A stretch of 64,000 nucleotides of DNA. Origin: an uncultured Clostridium sp. GTDB lineage: Bacteria; Bacillota; Clostridia; TANB77; CAG-508. Positions 21,417 to 32,123 of this stretch are shown in pieces. The notes beneath the pieces are model-generated. The model saw only the letters and a program-made list of their open reading frames with translations, was not told the DNA's origin and ran no database searches. Location: assembly GCA_930989765.1 (NCBI GenBank), contig CAKNNA010000001.1:33210-97209 (forward strand), given 5' to 3'. Numbering within the stretch: the stretch's first letter is position 1; each line of letters opens with the position of its first letter. Position numbers and translations under genes: made by a program.

Positions 21417-22490
21417 ATGAATAAAACTATATATATGATTTTAACAAATGGATTTGATCCAGATATAAGAGTATTAAAGGAAGCAAAATATATTTCAACA
21501 TTAGGTTATAATATTGAAATAATTTGTTGGGACAGAAAAAATAAATATAAGAACAATGTAGAGGAAGTAGAAAACATAAAAATAAGAAGGTTTTCTATTC
21601 CTTCTGTTCCTGGAACAGGTTTTAAGCAAATAATTCCTTTTTTTAAATTTATCCATAAAACAAAAAAATATTTAAAAGATAAAGATGTTCAATTTTTACA
21701 TTGCCATGATTTAGATGGTTTGATAGTAGGATATATTAGTACATTATTCAAAAAAGAAAAAAAATTAATTTTCGATATGCATGAAATGTATCAACACTAT
21801 AAATTTGGAAAGTTTAAAAGTATTTTTTCATTTTTAGTAAAGAAAAGTACCTATATAATATATGTAAATGACGAGCAAATAAAAGATATGCAAGAAAAAG
21901 AAAACTTAATATATTTGCCAAATTATCCTGTAAAAGCAAATTATACACCAATAGAAAAAACAACTAATAACTCACAAATTAGATTAAATTATATAGGATT
22001 TTTAAGAGACCAAAAATCTATAGATACATTAATAAAATTTGGAAAAGAAAATAATAATGTTACAATTGGGTTATACGGAACAGGAGTTTTGTATGAAAAA
22101 TTAAAGGATCAAAAACTAAAAAATTGTAAAATCTATGGAGAATTTAATGGGGAAAAAGACATTGGTAAAATATATCAAAATACAGATATATTATATTGTG
22201 TTTATAATCCTGAAATAAAAAATTGGAGAACATGTTATCCTGTTAAATTATATGAAGCAATTATAACTTGTACACCTGTGATTGTTTCAGAAGGAACGAA
22301 AGCAGGAGAATTAGTTAAAGAAAAACAAATTGGCGAATGTATTAAATTTGAAGATATAGAATCATTAAAAACAGCAGTAGATAAGATAAGACAAAATTAT
22401 GAAAAATATGTAGAAAATTTATCCATTATTTCAAATGATTATTTATGGGAAGAAGTAAATAAAAATTTGGATAAAATTTATAAAGTCTAA
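21417..22490 (+). CDS. Glycosyltransferase (GT4-like)
   Basis: GT-B type pattern; C-terminal PVKLYEAIITCTPVIVSEGTKAGELV resembles the EX7E region of GT4. Confidence 0.6.
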   Translation: MNKTIYMILTNGFDPDIRVLKEAKYISTLGYNIEIICWDRKNKYKNNVEEVENIKIRRFSIPSVPGTGFKQIIPFFKFIHKTKKYLKDKDVQFLHCHDLDGLIVGYISTLFKKEKKLIFDMHEMYQHYKFGKFKSIFSFLVKKSTYIIYVNDEQIKDMQEKENLIYLPNYPVKANYTPIEKTTNNSQIRLNYIGFLRDQKSIDTLIKFGKENNNVTIGLYGTGVLYEKLKDQKLKNCKIYGEFNGEKDIGKIYQNTDILYCVYNPEIKNWRTCYPVKLYEAIITCTPVIVSEGTKAGELVKEKQIGECIKFEDIESLKTAVDKIRQNYEKYVENLSIISNDYLWEEVNKNLDKIYKV

Positions 22491-22501
22491 AAGGAGATAA
22501 T

Positions 22502-23596
22502 ATGAAAAAGATTGTTACAGTGATTGGTGCTAGACCTCAATTTATAAAGGCATCTATGTTATCAAAAGAAATAAAAAAATATCAAAATGAACTAGAAGAA
22601 ATAATTGTAAATACAGATCAACATTATGATAAAAATATGTCAGATATATTTTTTGAACAATTGCAAATACCAAAACCAAAATATAATTTAGGGATAGGCT
22701 CTGGAATGCATGGTGAACAAACAGGAAAAATGTTAATGAAAATAGAAGAAGTTTTAATAAAAGAAAAACCAGATTATGTATTAGTATATGGAGATACTAA
22801 TTCAACACTTGCAGGAGCATTAGCAGCATCTAAATTACTTATACCAGTTATACATGTAGAAGCAGGATTAAGGTCATATAATAAAAATATGCCAGAGGAA
22901 CAAAACAGAATATTAACAGACCATATATCAAAAATATTAATTTGTCCAACTGATACAGCAGTAGAAAACTTAAAAAAAGAAAATATAACAGAAAATGTAT
23001 ATAATTTAGGTGATATAATGTGTGATTCTGTTATATATTATTCAAAAATAGCGGACAAAACCATTGTTTTAAAAGACAATATTAAAAGTTTATATGGAAA
23101 AAATATTGATATAAATAAATGGTACTTAACTACAATTCATAGAGCAGAAAATACAGCAGACAGTAAAAAGTTGCAAACCATCTTATCAGTTTTAGAAGAA
23201 TTAGATGAAAAAGTGATTTTCCCAGTTCATCCAAGAATAAGAAAATTTGTAGATGAATTAAATGAAAAAAATAACTATAATAATATATTATTTATAGAAC
23301 CAGTAGATTATATGACAATGTTATATTTAACTAAAAATGCTAAAAAAATTGTAACAGATTCTGGAGGATTACAAAAAGAAGCATATATTTTAGATGTACC
23401 TTGTATTACAGTAAGAGATCAAACAGAATGGGTAGAAACACTAGAAAATGGCTATAATGTATTAGCTAAGCCAGATTATTTTGAATTAAAACAAAAAATA
23501 GAAAATGCACAGATAAATAAAAAATTTGAAAAGAAACATTACTATGGAGATGGAAAAACTGCAGAAAAAATAGTAAAAGTATTAAGAGAGGAATAA
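22502..23596 (+). CDS. UDP-N-acetylglucosamine (or UDP-2,3-diacetamido-glucuronate) 2-epimerase, non-hydrolysing (WecB/WbpI-like)
   Basis: IGARPQFIKASML, YGDTNSTLAGALAA, HVEAGLRSYNKNMPEEQNR, DSGGLQKEAY motifs. Confidence 0.85.
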   Translation: MKKIVTVIGARPQFIKASMLSKEIKKYQNELEEIIVNTDQHYDKNMSDIFFEQLQIPKPKYNLGIGSGMHGEQTGKMLMKIEEVLIKEKPDYVLVYGDTNSTLAGALAASKLLIPVIHVEAGLRSYNKNMPEEQNRILTDHISKILICPTDTAVENLKKENITENVYNLGDIMCDSVIYYSKIADKTIVLKDNIKSLYGKNIDINKWYLTTIHRAENTADSKKLQTILSVLEELDEKVIFPVHPRIRKFVDELNEKNNYNNILFIEPVDYMTMLYLTKNAKKIVTDSGGLQKEAYILDVPCITVRDQTEWVETLENGYNVLAKPDYFELKQKIENAQINKKFEKKHYYGDGKTAEKIVKVLREE

Positions 23597-23597
23597 A

Positions 23598-24752
23598 ATG
23601 AATAAAACAATTATTATTATAACACATGTTACTTTTGACAATTCACCATATTGTAGCTATGTACATAGCCATGCAAAAGCTTTAGCAAGTTTAGGCTATC
23701 ATGTTATTGTTCTTGCAATTGTAAAATGGATTCCATTTTTATCACATTTTCAAAAATATAAACAAAGATTTATGAAAAATCTAAAGCAGAAGAAAACTCA
23801 AATAGATAATGTAGATATTATTTATAAAAAAACTTTTTCTATTTCAAACTTATTTTACAATTCCAGAATTAATTTCAATGGTATTTTTGCATTTAATGCA
23901 TTAAAAAGAATTGTAGGAAATATTGTGAAAAATGAAAATGTTATATTAATTGATGCACATACATTTAAAGTTGAAGGATATGTTGCTAAAAAATTAAAAG
24001 AAAAATTTAAAATCACTACTTTTGTAACTATGCATGGGACAAGTTTTATAAAGAATTTAAAAAGTGAAAATGGAAAAAAACAGATAAAACAAGTATGTAA
24101 TACAGTTGATAAAGTAATATGTGTAAGTGATAAATTACAAAAATATTTGCATGACTTAGAAATATATAATACTAATGTCATTTATAATGGATTAGAACAA
24201 TTTGAAGTAAAAGAAAGAGCTAAGAAAAAACATTCTATAATAACTGTGGCAAGTTTAATTCCTAGAAAAAATATTGATTTGATAATAAAAGCTATTGGAA
24301 AATTGAAGGATGTTTATCAAGATATAACATTAACAATTGTAGGAGAAGGAAAAGAAAAAATAAACTTAGAAAAGCTTATTGAAGAATTTGATGTAGAAAA
24401 AGATGTAAAATTTTTAGGTCAAATAAGTAATGAAAAAGTACAAGAGTATATGAGTGAAAGTTATATTTTTTTATTGCCAAGTATAAATGAAGGTTTTGGA
24501 ATAGTATATCCAGAAGCTATGAAGAATGGTTGTATAACTATAGGTACAAAGAACGAGGGAATAGACGGTTTTATAAAAAATGGAGAAAATGGATTTTTAA
24601 TAGATCCAAGTGTAGATAGTATAATAGAAATTATCAATAAAATATTTAATGAAGAATACGATGTAAATGCTATAAAAGAAAAAGGAAAGAATGATGTTAA
24701 GGGATTAACTTGGAATAATAATGCAAGTAATTACATTAAAAACATAAATTAG
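23598..24752 (+). CDS. Family 4 (GT1-fold) glycosyltransferase
   Basis: LIPRKNIDLIIKAIGKL...LTIVGEGKE...LLPSINEGFGIVYPEAMKNGCITIGT. Confidence 0.8.
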   Translation: MNKTIIIITHVTFDNSPYCSYVHSHAKALASLGYHVIVLAIVKWIPFLSHFQKYKQRFMKNLKQKKTQIDNVDIIYKKTFSISNLFYNSRINFNGIFAFNALKRIVGNIVKNENVILIDAHTFKVEGYVAKKLKEKFKITTFVTMHGTSFIKNLKSENGKKQIKQVCNTVDKVICVSDKLQKYLHDLEIYNTNVIYNGLEQFEVKERAKKKHSIITVASLIPRKNIDLIIKAIGKLKDVYQDITLTIVGEGKEKINLEKLIEEFDVEKDVKFLGQISNEKVQEYMSESYIFLLPSINEGFGIVYPEAMKNGCITIGTKNEGIDGFIKNGENGFLIDPSVDSIIEIINKIFNEEYDVNAIKEKGKNDVKGLTWNNNASNYIKNIN

Positions 24753-24760
24753 GAAAGGTT

Positions 24761-25987
24761 TTGCAGGATATGAAAGATATGAAGATAAACATAAAAAAAC
24801 TGATACTAGTAATTTTAATAATATTAGTAGTTTTACCTAATAATTTTTCTATTGGTAGTATAAGTATTTATAAAATTACTTGTATATTTTCAATTATGGT
24901 TACTCTATACATTATATTAAATAAAGACCTGAAAAAAGTATATATTACAAATTTATTTTTTATTATGAATGTAATTCTTTCTGTATTTATATTATTTACA
25001 TTTATATTTATGGAAAACATCCAATTCAACGATTATTTTGAAATACTAAGATTTCTAGTAATGGGACTCATTACTATAAATGTAATGGCTATTTGCAAGA
25101 AAAAAGAATATTATATATTTTTTTTAAAAGGATTGTGTATTGCTACTACATTAATGGCTATATTAGGAATAGTACAATATTTTAACCCATTTAATATTAA
25201 TGAGAAATATATATATATTTATGCTCCAACTCAATATCATTCACTGGTTGGTAATTATAAATATCCAAGAATAGTATCAACCAAGCCCAATCCAACACAA
25301 TATGGTTTTATTGCAATAATAGCAGTATATATTCAACTTATGTATTTTAAGTATTATAAACATAAATGGGTTGGTATTGCAAGTATAGCATTAATTTTAA
25401 CTTCATTAATGATGACACTATCAAGAACAACGCAAATAGCATTTGTAGTATCAATTATAGTATATTGCTTTATGAAAGTTAAAAGTAGTAAAGGAATAAT
25501 AAAAGCTTTAATAGCTCTTATGGTAGAAATCACAATAATATTTGCAATATTACAAATATTACCTGAAGAACTTACTTGGAGGCTAGAGCAATCTACAGAT
25601 TTAGATAGTGTTTCAAGTTGGAATGATAGAATAGGAAAATGGGAAGAATATATAGAAATTATTGACCAAAATTTACTTTTTGGTATTGGACCTGTAAAAA
25701 ATTTAGTTTCAGAATTAGGATATGTAGATAGTGAATTTTTCCAAATTTTAATACAATATGGCTTGATAGGTTTTTTAATATATATAATTACAGTTTTAAG
25801 CCCATTATGCTATTACAAAAAAAATAGAAATATTACTATATATTATTTGCCAATTGTTATTGCCATACTTATATGTAATATTGCTGCTACAACATTTTTA
25901 TCATCAGAAACGTCTATAATTATATATGTTATGTTAGGAATTCTTTTCGCAAGTAAAGAATGTTCTGAGAAAATAGAAAAGGAGTAA
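24761..25987 (+). CDS. O-antigen ligase/polymerase family (Wzy_C) membrane protein
   Basis: About 11 hydrophobic segments; LMMTLSRTTQIAFVV Wzy_C signature; start uncertain (TTG 24761 or ATG 24770). Confidence 0.65.
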   Translation: MQDMKDMKINIKKLILVILIILVVLPNNFSIGSISIYKITCIFSIMVTLYIILNKDLKKVYITNLFFIMNVILSVFILFTFIFMENIQFNDYFEILRFLVMGLITINVMAICKKKEYYIFFLKGLCIATTLMAILGIVQYFNPFNINEKYIYIYAPTQYHSLVGNYKYPRIVSTKPNPTQYGFIAIIAVYIQLMYFKYYKHKWVGIASIALILTSLMMTLSRTTQIAFVVSIIVYCFMKVKSSKGIIKALIALMVEITIIFAILQILPEELTWRLEQSTDLDSVSSWNDRIGKWEEYIEIIDQNLLFGIGPVKNLVSELGYVDSEFFQILIQYGLIGFLIYIITVLSPLCYYKKNRNITIYYLPIVIAILICNIAATTFLSSETSIIIYVMLGILFASKECSEKIEKE

Positions 25988-25990
25988 ATA

Positions 25991-27154
25991 ATGAAAAATA
26001 TATTAATGATAGCTACATATTTTCCACCAATGGCAGGAATTGGAACAGTAAGAATTACTAAATTTGTAAAATATTTACCTATATATGGTTGGAATCCAAC
26101 AGTAGTAACAATAGGAGAAAAAAATATTCCTACATATGATGAAAGTTTATTAAAAGATATTAAAGATAATATAAATGTAATAAGAATAGACTTTAAACAA
26201 AAAAATAAAGATATAAGCAAAGATTTTTATAAAGCTTTAAAAAAAGAAATTGATGGTATTATCTTAAAAAATAAATATGATGCAGTGTTTATAACTGGTG
26301 GTCCATTTTATATATTTCCAATTGGAAAATATATATTTGAAAAATATAATATACCATATATAATTGATTTTAGAGACCCTTGGAAATTACAAAGAATAAA
26401 TGATAAAACTAACTTAATAAAGCTTAAAAGTAAAATTAAAAGGATATCAATTGGAAGAATTGAAAAAAAAGTATTAAAAAAAGCTAGTTTAATATGTACA
26501 GTAAATGATACTATGACAGATCAATATAAAAAAGAATATCCAATGTTACAAGAAAAGATATATACAATTACTAATGGATTTGATAAAGATGATTATGAAA
26601 AAATACAACCAAAAAAATTTGAAAAATTTACAATTGTGTATACAGGTAAGTTTGGAGTATCTGCTGGATTTCGTGATCCAACACCAATATTTAAAGTAAT
26701 TCATAGTTTAAATCAAAAAGGTTATCAGATAGAATTTATACATGTAGGAAAAGAAGAAGATAAAATTATTGAATTAGCAAAAAAATTTGAAATTATAAAT
26801 TATTGTAAATTTGTTGGATTTAAACCATTTAAAGAGGCAAATTCGTATTGTAAAGGAGCATCATTATTATTATTAATAGGTGGAAAAGAAAAAAGTGAGC
26901 AAACAGGAAAAATATTTGATTATATAGGATGTCAAAAAAATATATTAGCTATAACAACAGGAAAATCTGAAATTGATACAGTATGTAAAAATGTAAATAT
27001 AGAAACTATCAGACATGAAGATTTAAATAAGATAGAAGAGTTTATTAAGGAACAGTATAATAATCATACAACATTGAATATGAAACAAACTAATATGTAT
27101 GATAGAAAAGTATTAACAGGAAGATTAGCCCAATTGTTAGATAAATTACAATAA
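25991..27154 (+). CDS. Glycosyltransferase (GT4-like)
   Basis: MKNILMIATYFPPMAGIGTVRITKFVKYL N-terminus typical of WcaI-like GT4 enzymes. Confidence 0.6.
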   Translation: MKNILMIATYFPPMAGIGTVRITKFVKYLPIYGWNPTVVTIGEKNIPTYDESLLKDIKDNINVIRIDFKQKNKDISKDFYKALKKEIDGIILKNKYDAVFITGGPFYIFPIGKYIFEKYNIPYIIDFRDPWKLQRINDKTNLIKLKSKIKRISIGRIEKKVLKKASLICTVNDTMTDQYKKEYPMLQEKIYTITNGFDKDDYEKIQPKKFEKFTIVYTGKFGVSAGFRDPTPIFKVIHSLNQKGYQIEFIHVGKEEDKIIELAKKFEIINYCKFVGFKPFKEANSYCKGASLLLLIGGKEKSEQTGKIFDYIGCQKNILAITTGKSEIDTVCKNVNIETIRHEDLNKIEEFIKEQYNNHTTLNMKQTNMYDRKVLTGRLAQLLDKLQ

Positions 27155-27232
27155 AAAATAATTTGAAAATAAATAATCAGAGAAAGGAGAATATGATTAT
27201 TTTAAATAATAAATATATCATATAAATAAAAA

Positions 27233-28552
27233 ATGACAGAATTTATAGCAAAATTTAAAATAAAAGACAAAATTCAAAAGTTGCGTAAAACTGGATTTTT
27301 TTCTATATTTTTATCTACAGTATTAAGTAAAGTAATAACAGTTTTAGGAGGTATTATTTTAGTCAGATTTTTATCAAAAGTCGACTATGGTATATATGCT
27401 TATATAAATAATTGTTATTCAATGTTATTTTTACTAAATGATTTTGGAATATCTTTTGCAACATTACAATATCTTACAGAAAATATAGGAAATAAAGAAA
27501 AACAAATGCAGATATTTAAATATTCTATAAAGTCATCATTAATAGCTTCTATAGTTACTGGATTACTAATATTACTTTCTCCACTTTTTTATCCATATAC
27601 AATGGAGCAAGCAAAAGAAATAATGCCATTATTATGTTTAGTACCAGCTATCACAATACTAGGTGGTTTAATGTCCATATTATTAAGAGTAAATTTTGAA
27701 AATAAGAAATATGGAAAACTACAAATATTTACTACCTCAATTACATATATCGTTCTAATTATTTTATCTATTATATGGGGATTAAAAGGTGCAATATTAT
27801 CTAGATATGTATATCAATTACTTATTTTATTTTATGGAGTATATTTAGCATATAAAATTATAATAAAATTAAAGAATACTAATTCAAAAGAAAAATTGCC
27901 AAAGAATGAAAGAAAAGGATTTATTAAATATGCATTAGCATGTCAATTAAATTCTAGTATAGCAAGCCTAATGATAAACATAGATACATTCTTAATTGGA
28001 TATATGATAGCTACACCAGAAGCAGTTGCTACATATAATGTTGGAAATAAGATCCCATATGCATTAACATTTTTATCTAGTTGTATTGCTATATATATAA
28101 CCCCTCATTTTGTAAAAAATAATAAAGATCTAAAATGGATAAAAAGAAATTTTAATTCTCTTTTAAAATACAGTATATTAGGGTTTGGAATTATGTGTAT
28201 AGGATTAATAATATTAGCTAAGTTAATATTTACAATTCTATTTGGAGAACAATACTATGATTCAATTCCAATTTACATAGTTTTAATGATAGGTTTATTT
28301 TTTACATCCGCAATTAAAGTTCCTTGCTCAAATGTATTAGGTGCTATGAGAAAAATTAAAATAAATATTATAACAAATAGTGTATGTTTAATAGTAAATT
28401 TTGTTAGCAATATTGTTTTCATAAATTGGTTTGGGGTAATTGGTGCAGCTATTACAACAACAGCGACTAATATAATAGTATCAATAGTATATGTTATATA
28501 CTTAAAAAAATATATAAAAAAGAAGGAGACACAAGTAAATGATACAAAGTAA
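27233..28552 (+). CDS. Wzx-type oligosaccharide flippase (MOP superfamily)
   Basis: 439 aa, 12-14 hydrophobic segments, polysaccharide biosynthesis protein pattern. Confidence 0.7.
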   Translation: MTEFIAKFKIKDKIQKLRKTGFFSIFLSTVLSKVITVLGGIILVRFLSKVDYGIYAYINNCYSMLFLLNDFGISFATLQYLTENIGNKEKQMQIFKYSIKSSLIASIVTGLLILLSPLFYPYTMEQAKEIMPLLCLVPAITILGGLMSILLRVNFENKKYGKLQIFTTSITYIVLIILSIIWGLKGAILSRYVYQLLILFYGVYLAYKIIIKLKNTNSKEKLPKNERKGFIKYALACQLNSSIASLMINIDTFLIGYMIATPEAVATYNVGNKIPYALTFLSSCIAIYITPHFVKNNKDLKWIKRNFNSLLKYSILGFGIMCIGLIILAKLIFTILFGEQYYDSIPIYIVLMIGLFFTSAIKVPCSNVLGAMRKIKINIITNSVCLIVNFVSNIVFINWFGVIGAAITTTATNIIVSIVYVIYLKKYIKKKETQVNDTK

Positions 28553-29108
28553 AAAGCAGTATAAAGAGTATTATATGCAAGATTTAAAACAATCTGGACT
28601 ATTAAATAAAAAATGGTATGAAAGATTAATAGATAGAAGATTTAAATTTTATAAAAGTCTTAGATATACGGAGTATTATTATAATTGTAAAAAATCTTTC
28701 TTAAGCAAAATAATCAGAAAAATATTATTAGTAAGACATTTAAGATTATGTGATAAATACAATTGGACAATTCCAATAAATGTATTTGGACCAGGTCTTA
28801 CAATAGTACATACAGGAACTATAGTGGTTTCTGGAAAAGCAAAAATAGGCAAAAATTGCAGAATACATGTTTGCACAAACATTGGAAGAGCAACAAGTCA
28901 TGGAGAAGCCGGAGCACCAATAATAGGAGATAATGTATATATTGGACCAGGAGCTAAAATATTTGGACCAATAACTATAGGAGATTATGTGGTAATAGGA
29001 GCTAATTCAGTAGTAAATAAGTCATTTTCTAGTCACTGTACAATTGCGGGTGTACCTGCAAAAAAAATAAGTGATAAAGATTCCAAAGAATATATAAAAG
29101 AAAGTTAA
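28539..29108 (+). CDS. Hexapeptide-repeat O-acetyltransferase (serine acetyltransferase-like)
   Basis: GPGLTIVHTGTIVVSGKAKIGKNCRIHVCTNIG...IGDNVYIGPGAKIFGPITIGDYVVIGANSVV. Confidence 0.75.
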   Translation: MIQSKKQYKEYYMQDLKQSGLLNKKWYERLIDRRFKFYKSLRYTEYYYNCKKSFLSKIIRKILLVRHLRLCDKYNWTIPINVFGPGLTIVHTGTIVVSGKAKIGKNCRIHVCTNIGRATSHGEAGAPIIGDNVYIGPGAKIFGPITIGDYVVIGANSVVNKSFSSHCTIAGVPAKKISDKDSKEYIKES

Positions 29109-29191
29109 TACTAATATACTAAGAAATATAAAAATAGTAAAAATAATAATACAAAGTAAACAACATTTAAATAGTGAAAGGATCAAAGTAA

Positions 29192-29794
29192 ATGTCAAGT
29201 GTTACTAATAAAAAAGAAGATAATAAACTAAAAAAAATCGCAAAAAAGATAATTGTGAAAATGATATATTTGTGGGGAAGTATATGGTATGATAAAAAAT
29301 ATCTTGTAGGTAAGAATTTTAGGATGGATACTTTATCAATAGGATGGAAATGGGTTATGAAATATTGGTTTCCACAAAAAGTATTAGGATATGCAAGAGA
29401 AGTTCCTTTTCCAGTGCCAAAAAATGTAACTTTTTCAAATGTATCAAATATAGAATTTTGTACTGATGATATGAGAAATTTTCATTCACCAGGTTGTTAT
29501 TTTCAAGCAATAAATGCCAAAATAATAATAGGAAAAGGTACATTTATAGGGCCAAACTGTGGAATTATAACTACCAATCATGATTTAAATGATTTAACAA
29601 AATCTGCTGAGGGTAAGCAAATCAAAATAGGTGAAAATTGTTGGATTGGAATGAACAGTGTTATATTGCCAGGAGTGGAACTAGGAGATAAAACAATTGT
29701 TGGTGCTGGAAGTATTGTAACAAAATCATATCTAGAAGGCAACTGTGTAATAGCAGGAAATCCAGCTAAAATAATAAAATATCTAAACAACTAG
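29192..29794 (+). CDS. Hexapeptide-repeat acetyltransferase (maltose/galactoside O-acetyltransferase-like)
   Basis: IGKGTFIGPNCGIITTNHD...IGENCWIGMNSVILPGVELGDKTIVGAGSIVTK. Confidence 0.75.
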   Translation: MSSVTNKKEDNKLKKIAKKIIVKMIYLWGSIWYDKKYLVGKNFRMDTLSIGWKWVMKYWFPQKVLGYAREVPFPVPKNVTFSNVSNIEFCTDDMRNFHSPGCYFQAINAKIIIGKGTFIGPNCGIITTNHDLNDLTKSAEGKQIKIGENCWIGMNSVILPGVELGDKTIVGAGSIVTKSYLEGNCVIAGNPAKIIKYLNN

Positions 29795-29797
29795 AAA

Positions 29798-31339
29798 ATG
29801 ATGGAGGTCATGATGATTAATTTATACTATAATAATGCTTATAAGTGGAAAGAAAAGAATAATATTTTTACTATAGGATATGTTATTTATAAAAATGTAT
29901 TATATGAAGATGAAGATTTTTTAAATTTAGTAATTAATTTGAAAGATAACATAAAAAGTATTGTTAAAGAATTTACGGGTTATTTTGCTATTGTAATACA
30001 AAATCAAGAAGAAACCATATTAATTTCTGATATTATAAGAAGTTTTCCAGTTTTCTACACTAAAAATGGAGATATCACAGATGATATTAGTTTGATAAGT
30101 GGGGAGTTAAATGAATTGTCATTAGAAGAGCTATTACATTGTAGATGGATTAGTTTCGATGATACAATTTATAAAGATGTAAAACAAATTGAAAATGCAC
30201 AAATAGTAGTCATAAAAAAAGGAGAGATATATAAAGAAAAATATTTTAATTATCAAAATGATGATAAAAATACAATATGTTCATATGAAGAATTAGATAA
30301 AATTTATACAAATATTGTACATAAAATGTTTAAATATCTTAACGGAAAAACAGCTGTTATACCATTGAGTGGTGGACAAGACTCCAGGTTATTACTATAT
30401 TATACAAAAAAATTAGGGTACAAAAATATTATATCATATACATATGGAAACAAAAATAGCGATGAAGTAAAAATATCAAAAAAAGTTGCAGAATTTTTAG
30501 ATGTTAAATGGTATTTCATAGAGTACAAAAGAAAAGATTGTAGGCAAATATATAATAAGGATTTTCCAAAAATGGCAGATTATTTTGGAAGAGGGTATTC
30601 TATTCCTTGTATTCAAGAGGTAGAAGCAATCAGAAAATTGAAAAAAGATAAAATATTAAATGATGACTGTGTTATAATTCCAGGATTTACAATGGACTTT
30701 TTAGCAGGAAACCACTTAAGTTCAAAATTTATAAAAAATGAACAGTTATCAAAGAAAATATTAAAAGAAGAAATATATAAATTTAATTATAATTTAAGCC
30801 ACAAAGAAAATAACATTTTTGACAAAAAGTTAGAAGAAAAATTTAATATTTGTTTTGATGATAATAATATAGACATAAAAAGTGCTGTAAATATTTTTGA
30901 TACATATGATTTTGAAGAAAGACAAGCCAAATATGTCACAAATGCAATTAGAGTATATGATTATTATGGACTAAAGTGGTATCTTCCTTTTTGGGACAAA
31001 GAAATTATTTCATTTTGGAGTAAAGTTTCTATAAAAGATAGATACCAAAGAAAATTTTTTATAAATTTTGTAAATTATAAATATTTAGACCTGATGAAAT
31101 ATGCACCAGTTTATAAAAAGGAAACTAATGTCGCAAGGAAGAATATTTTTTCAAAATTAAAATATATTATCCTAAAATATTATAATGATCCACTAAATTT
31201 TTATTATTACTTTAAATACAGTAAATATTTAAAATATGCCATTATACAAAAAAACACACAATATAGTTATTTTGTAGCTAATGACTATGTAAAATATATA
31301 AAAAATAAGGAGAAAAGAAATGGAAGAAGAATTAATTGA
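29798..31339 (+). CDS. Asparagine synthetase-like PP-loop amidotransferase (WbpS-like), no N-terminal Cys nucleophile seen
   Basis: AVIPLSGGQDSRLLLY (SGGxDS PP-loop). GGAGG at 29803-29807 suggests the true start is ATG 29810/29813 (MINLYYNN), so there is no Met-Cys glutaminase start. Confidence 0.6.
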   Translation: MMEVMMINLYYNNAYKWKEKNNIFTIGYVIYKNVLYEDEDFLNLVINLKDNIKSIVKEFTGYFAIVIQNQEETILISDIIRSFPVFYTKNGDITDDISLISGELNELSLEELLHCRWISFDDTIYKDVKQIENAQIVVIKKGEIYKEKYFNYQNDDKNTICSYEELDKIYTNIVHKMFKYLNGKTAVIPLSGGQDSRLLLYYTKKLGYKNIISYTYGNKNSDEVKISKKVAEFLDVKWYFIEYKRKDCRQIYNKDFPKMADYFGRGYSIPCIQEVEAIRKLKKDKILNDDCVIIPGFTMDFLAGNHLSSKFIKNEQLSKKILKEEIYKFNYNLSHKENNIFDKKLEEKFNICFDDNNIDIKSAVNIFDTYDFEERQAKYVTNAIRVYDYYGLKWYLPFWDKEIISFWSKVSIKDRYQRKFFINFVNYKYLDLMKYAPVYKKETNVARKNIFSKLKYIILKYYNDPLNFYYYFKYSKYLKYAIIQKNTQYSYFVANDYVKYIKNKEKRNGRRIN

Positions 31340-32090
31340 TGATTTAGTAAGTATAGTAATACCAGTATATAATTGTGAAAAATTTTTAAAAGATACAATA
31401 AAAACAATACAAGAGCAAACTTATACAAATTGGGAAGCATTTTTTGTAGATGATTGTTCTAAAGATAATAGTGTAGAAATCATAAAAGAAGCGGAGAAGT
31501 CAGACAGTAGAATAAAATTAATAAAATTAGAAAAAAATTCAGGGGCTGCAATAGCAAGAAATACTGGAATAAAAAATGCGAAAGGTAGATATATAGCTTT
31601 CCTAGATTCAGATGACTTATGGGAAAAAGAAAAGCTAGAAAAACAATTAAAATTTATTAAAGAAGGTAATTATGCATTTACTTTTACAGGATATGAATTC
31701 ATTGAAGAAGATGGGACAAGAACCGGAAAAAAAGTTCATGTACCTAAAGAATTAACATATAAGCAAGCTTTAAAAAATACGGTAATATTTACATCCACTG
31801 TTATTTTTGATATAAGTATATTAGGAAAAAAATTAATTGAAATGCCAAATATAAAAAGAGGTCAGGATAGTGCAACCTGGTGGAAAGTGTTAAAAAATAA
31901 TAATATTGCATATGGACTTGATGAAAATCTATCATTATACAGAAGAAGCAAAGGAACACTATCATCAAACAAAATAAAAGCTTTAAAAAGAACTTGGAAT
32001 TTATACAGAAATGTTGAGCACTTTTCAGTATTTAAAAGTATGTATTATTTTTCTATATATGTGGTAAATGCAATAAAAAGAAGAGTATAA
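31320..32090 (+). CDS. Family 2 glycosyltransferase
   Basis: VSIVIPVYNCEKFL...VDDCSKD...FLDSDDLW motifs. Confidence 0.85.
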   Translation: MEEELIDDLVSIVIPVYNCEKFLKDTIKTIQEQTYTNWEAFFVDDCSKDNSVEIIKEAEKSDSRIKLIKLEKNSGAAIARNTGIKNAKGRYIAFLDSDDLWEKEKLEKQLKFIKEGNYAFTFTGYEFIEEDGTRTGKKVHVPKELTYKQALKNTVIFTSTVIFDISILGKKLIEMPNIKRGQDSATWWKVLKNNNIAYGLDENLSLYRRSKGTLSSNKIKALKRTWNLYRNVEHFSVFKSMYYFSIYVVNAIKRRV

Positions 32091-32123
32091 AATATATAAA
32101 ATAAGTTAGTAAGGATGAGGAAA

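Noticed and set aside
27193-27225. Ten-codon mini-ORF (MIILNNKYII) with a strong GAAAGGAGA Shine-Dalgarno just upstream of the second flippase
   Set aside because: It might reflect translational coupling or be the real ribosome landing site. There is no associated structure or conservation evidence, so I cannot support it as a feature.
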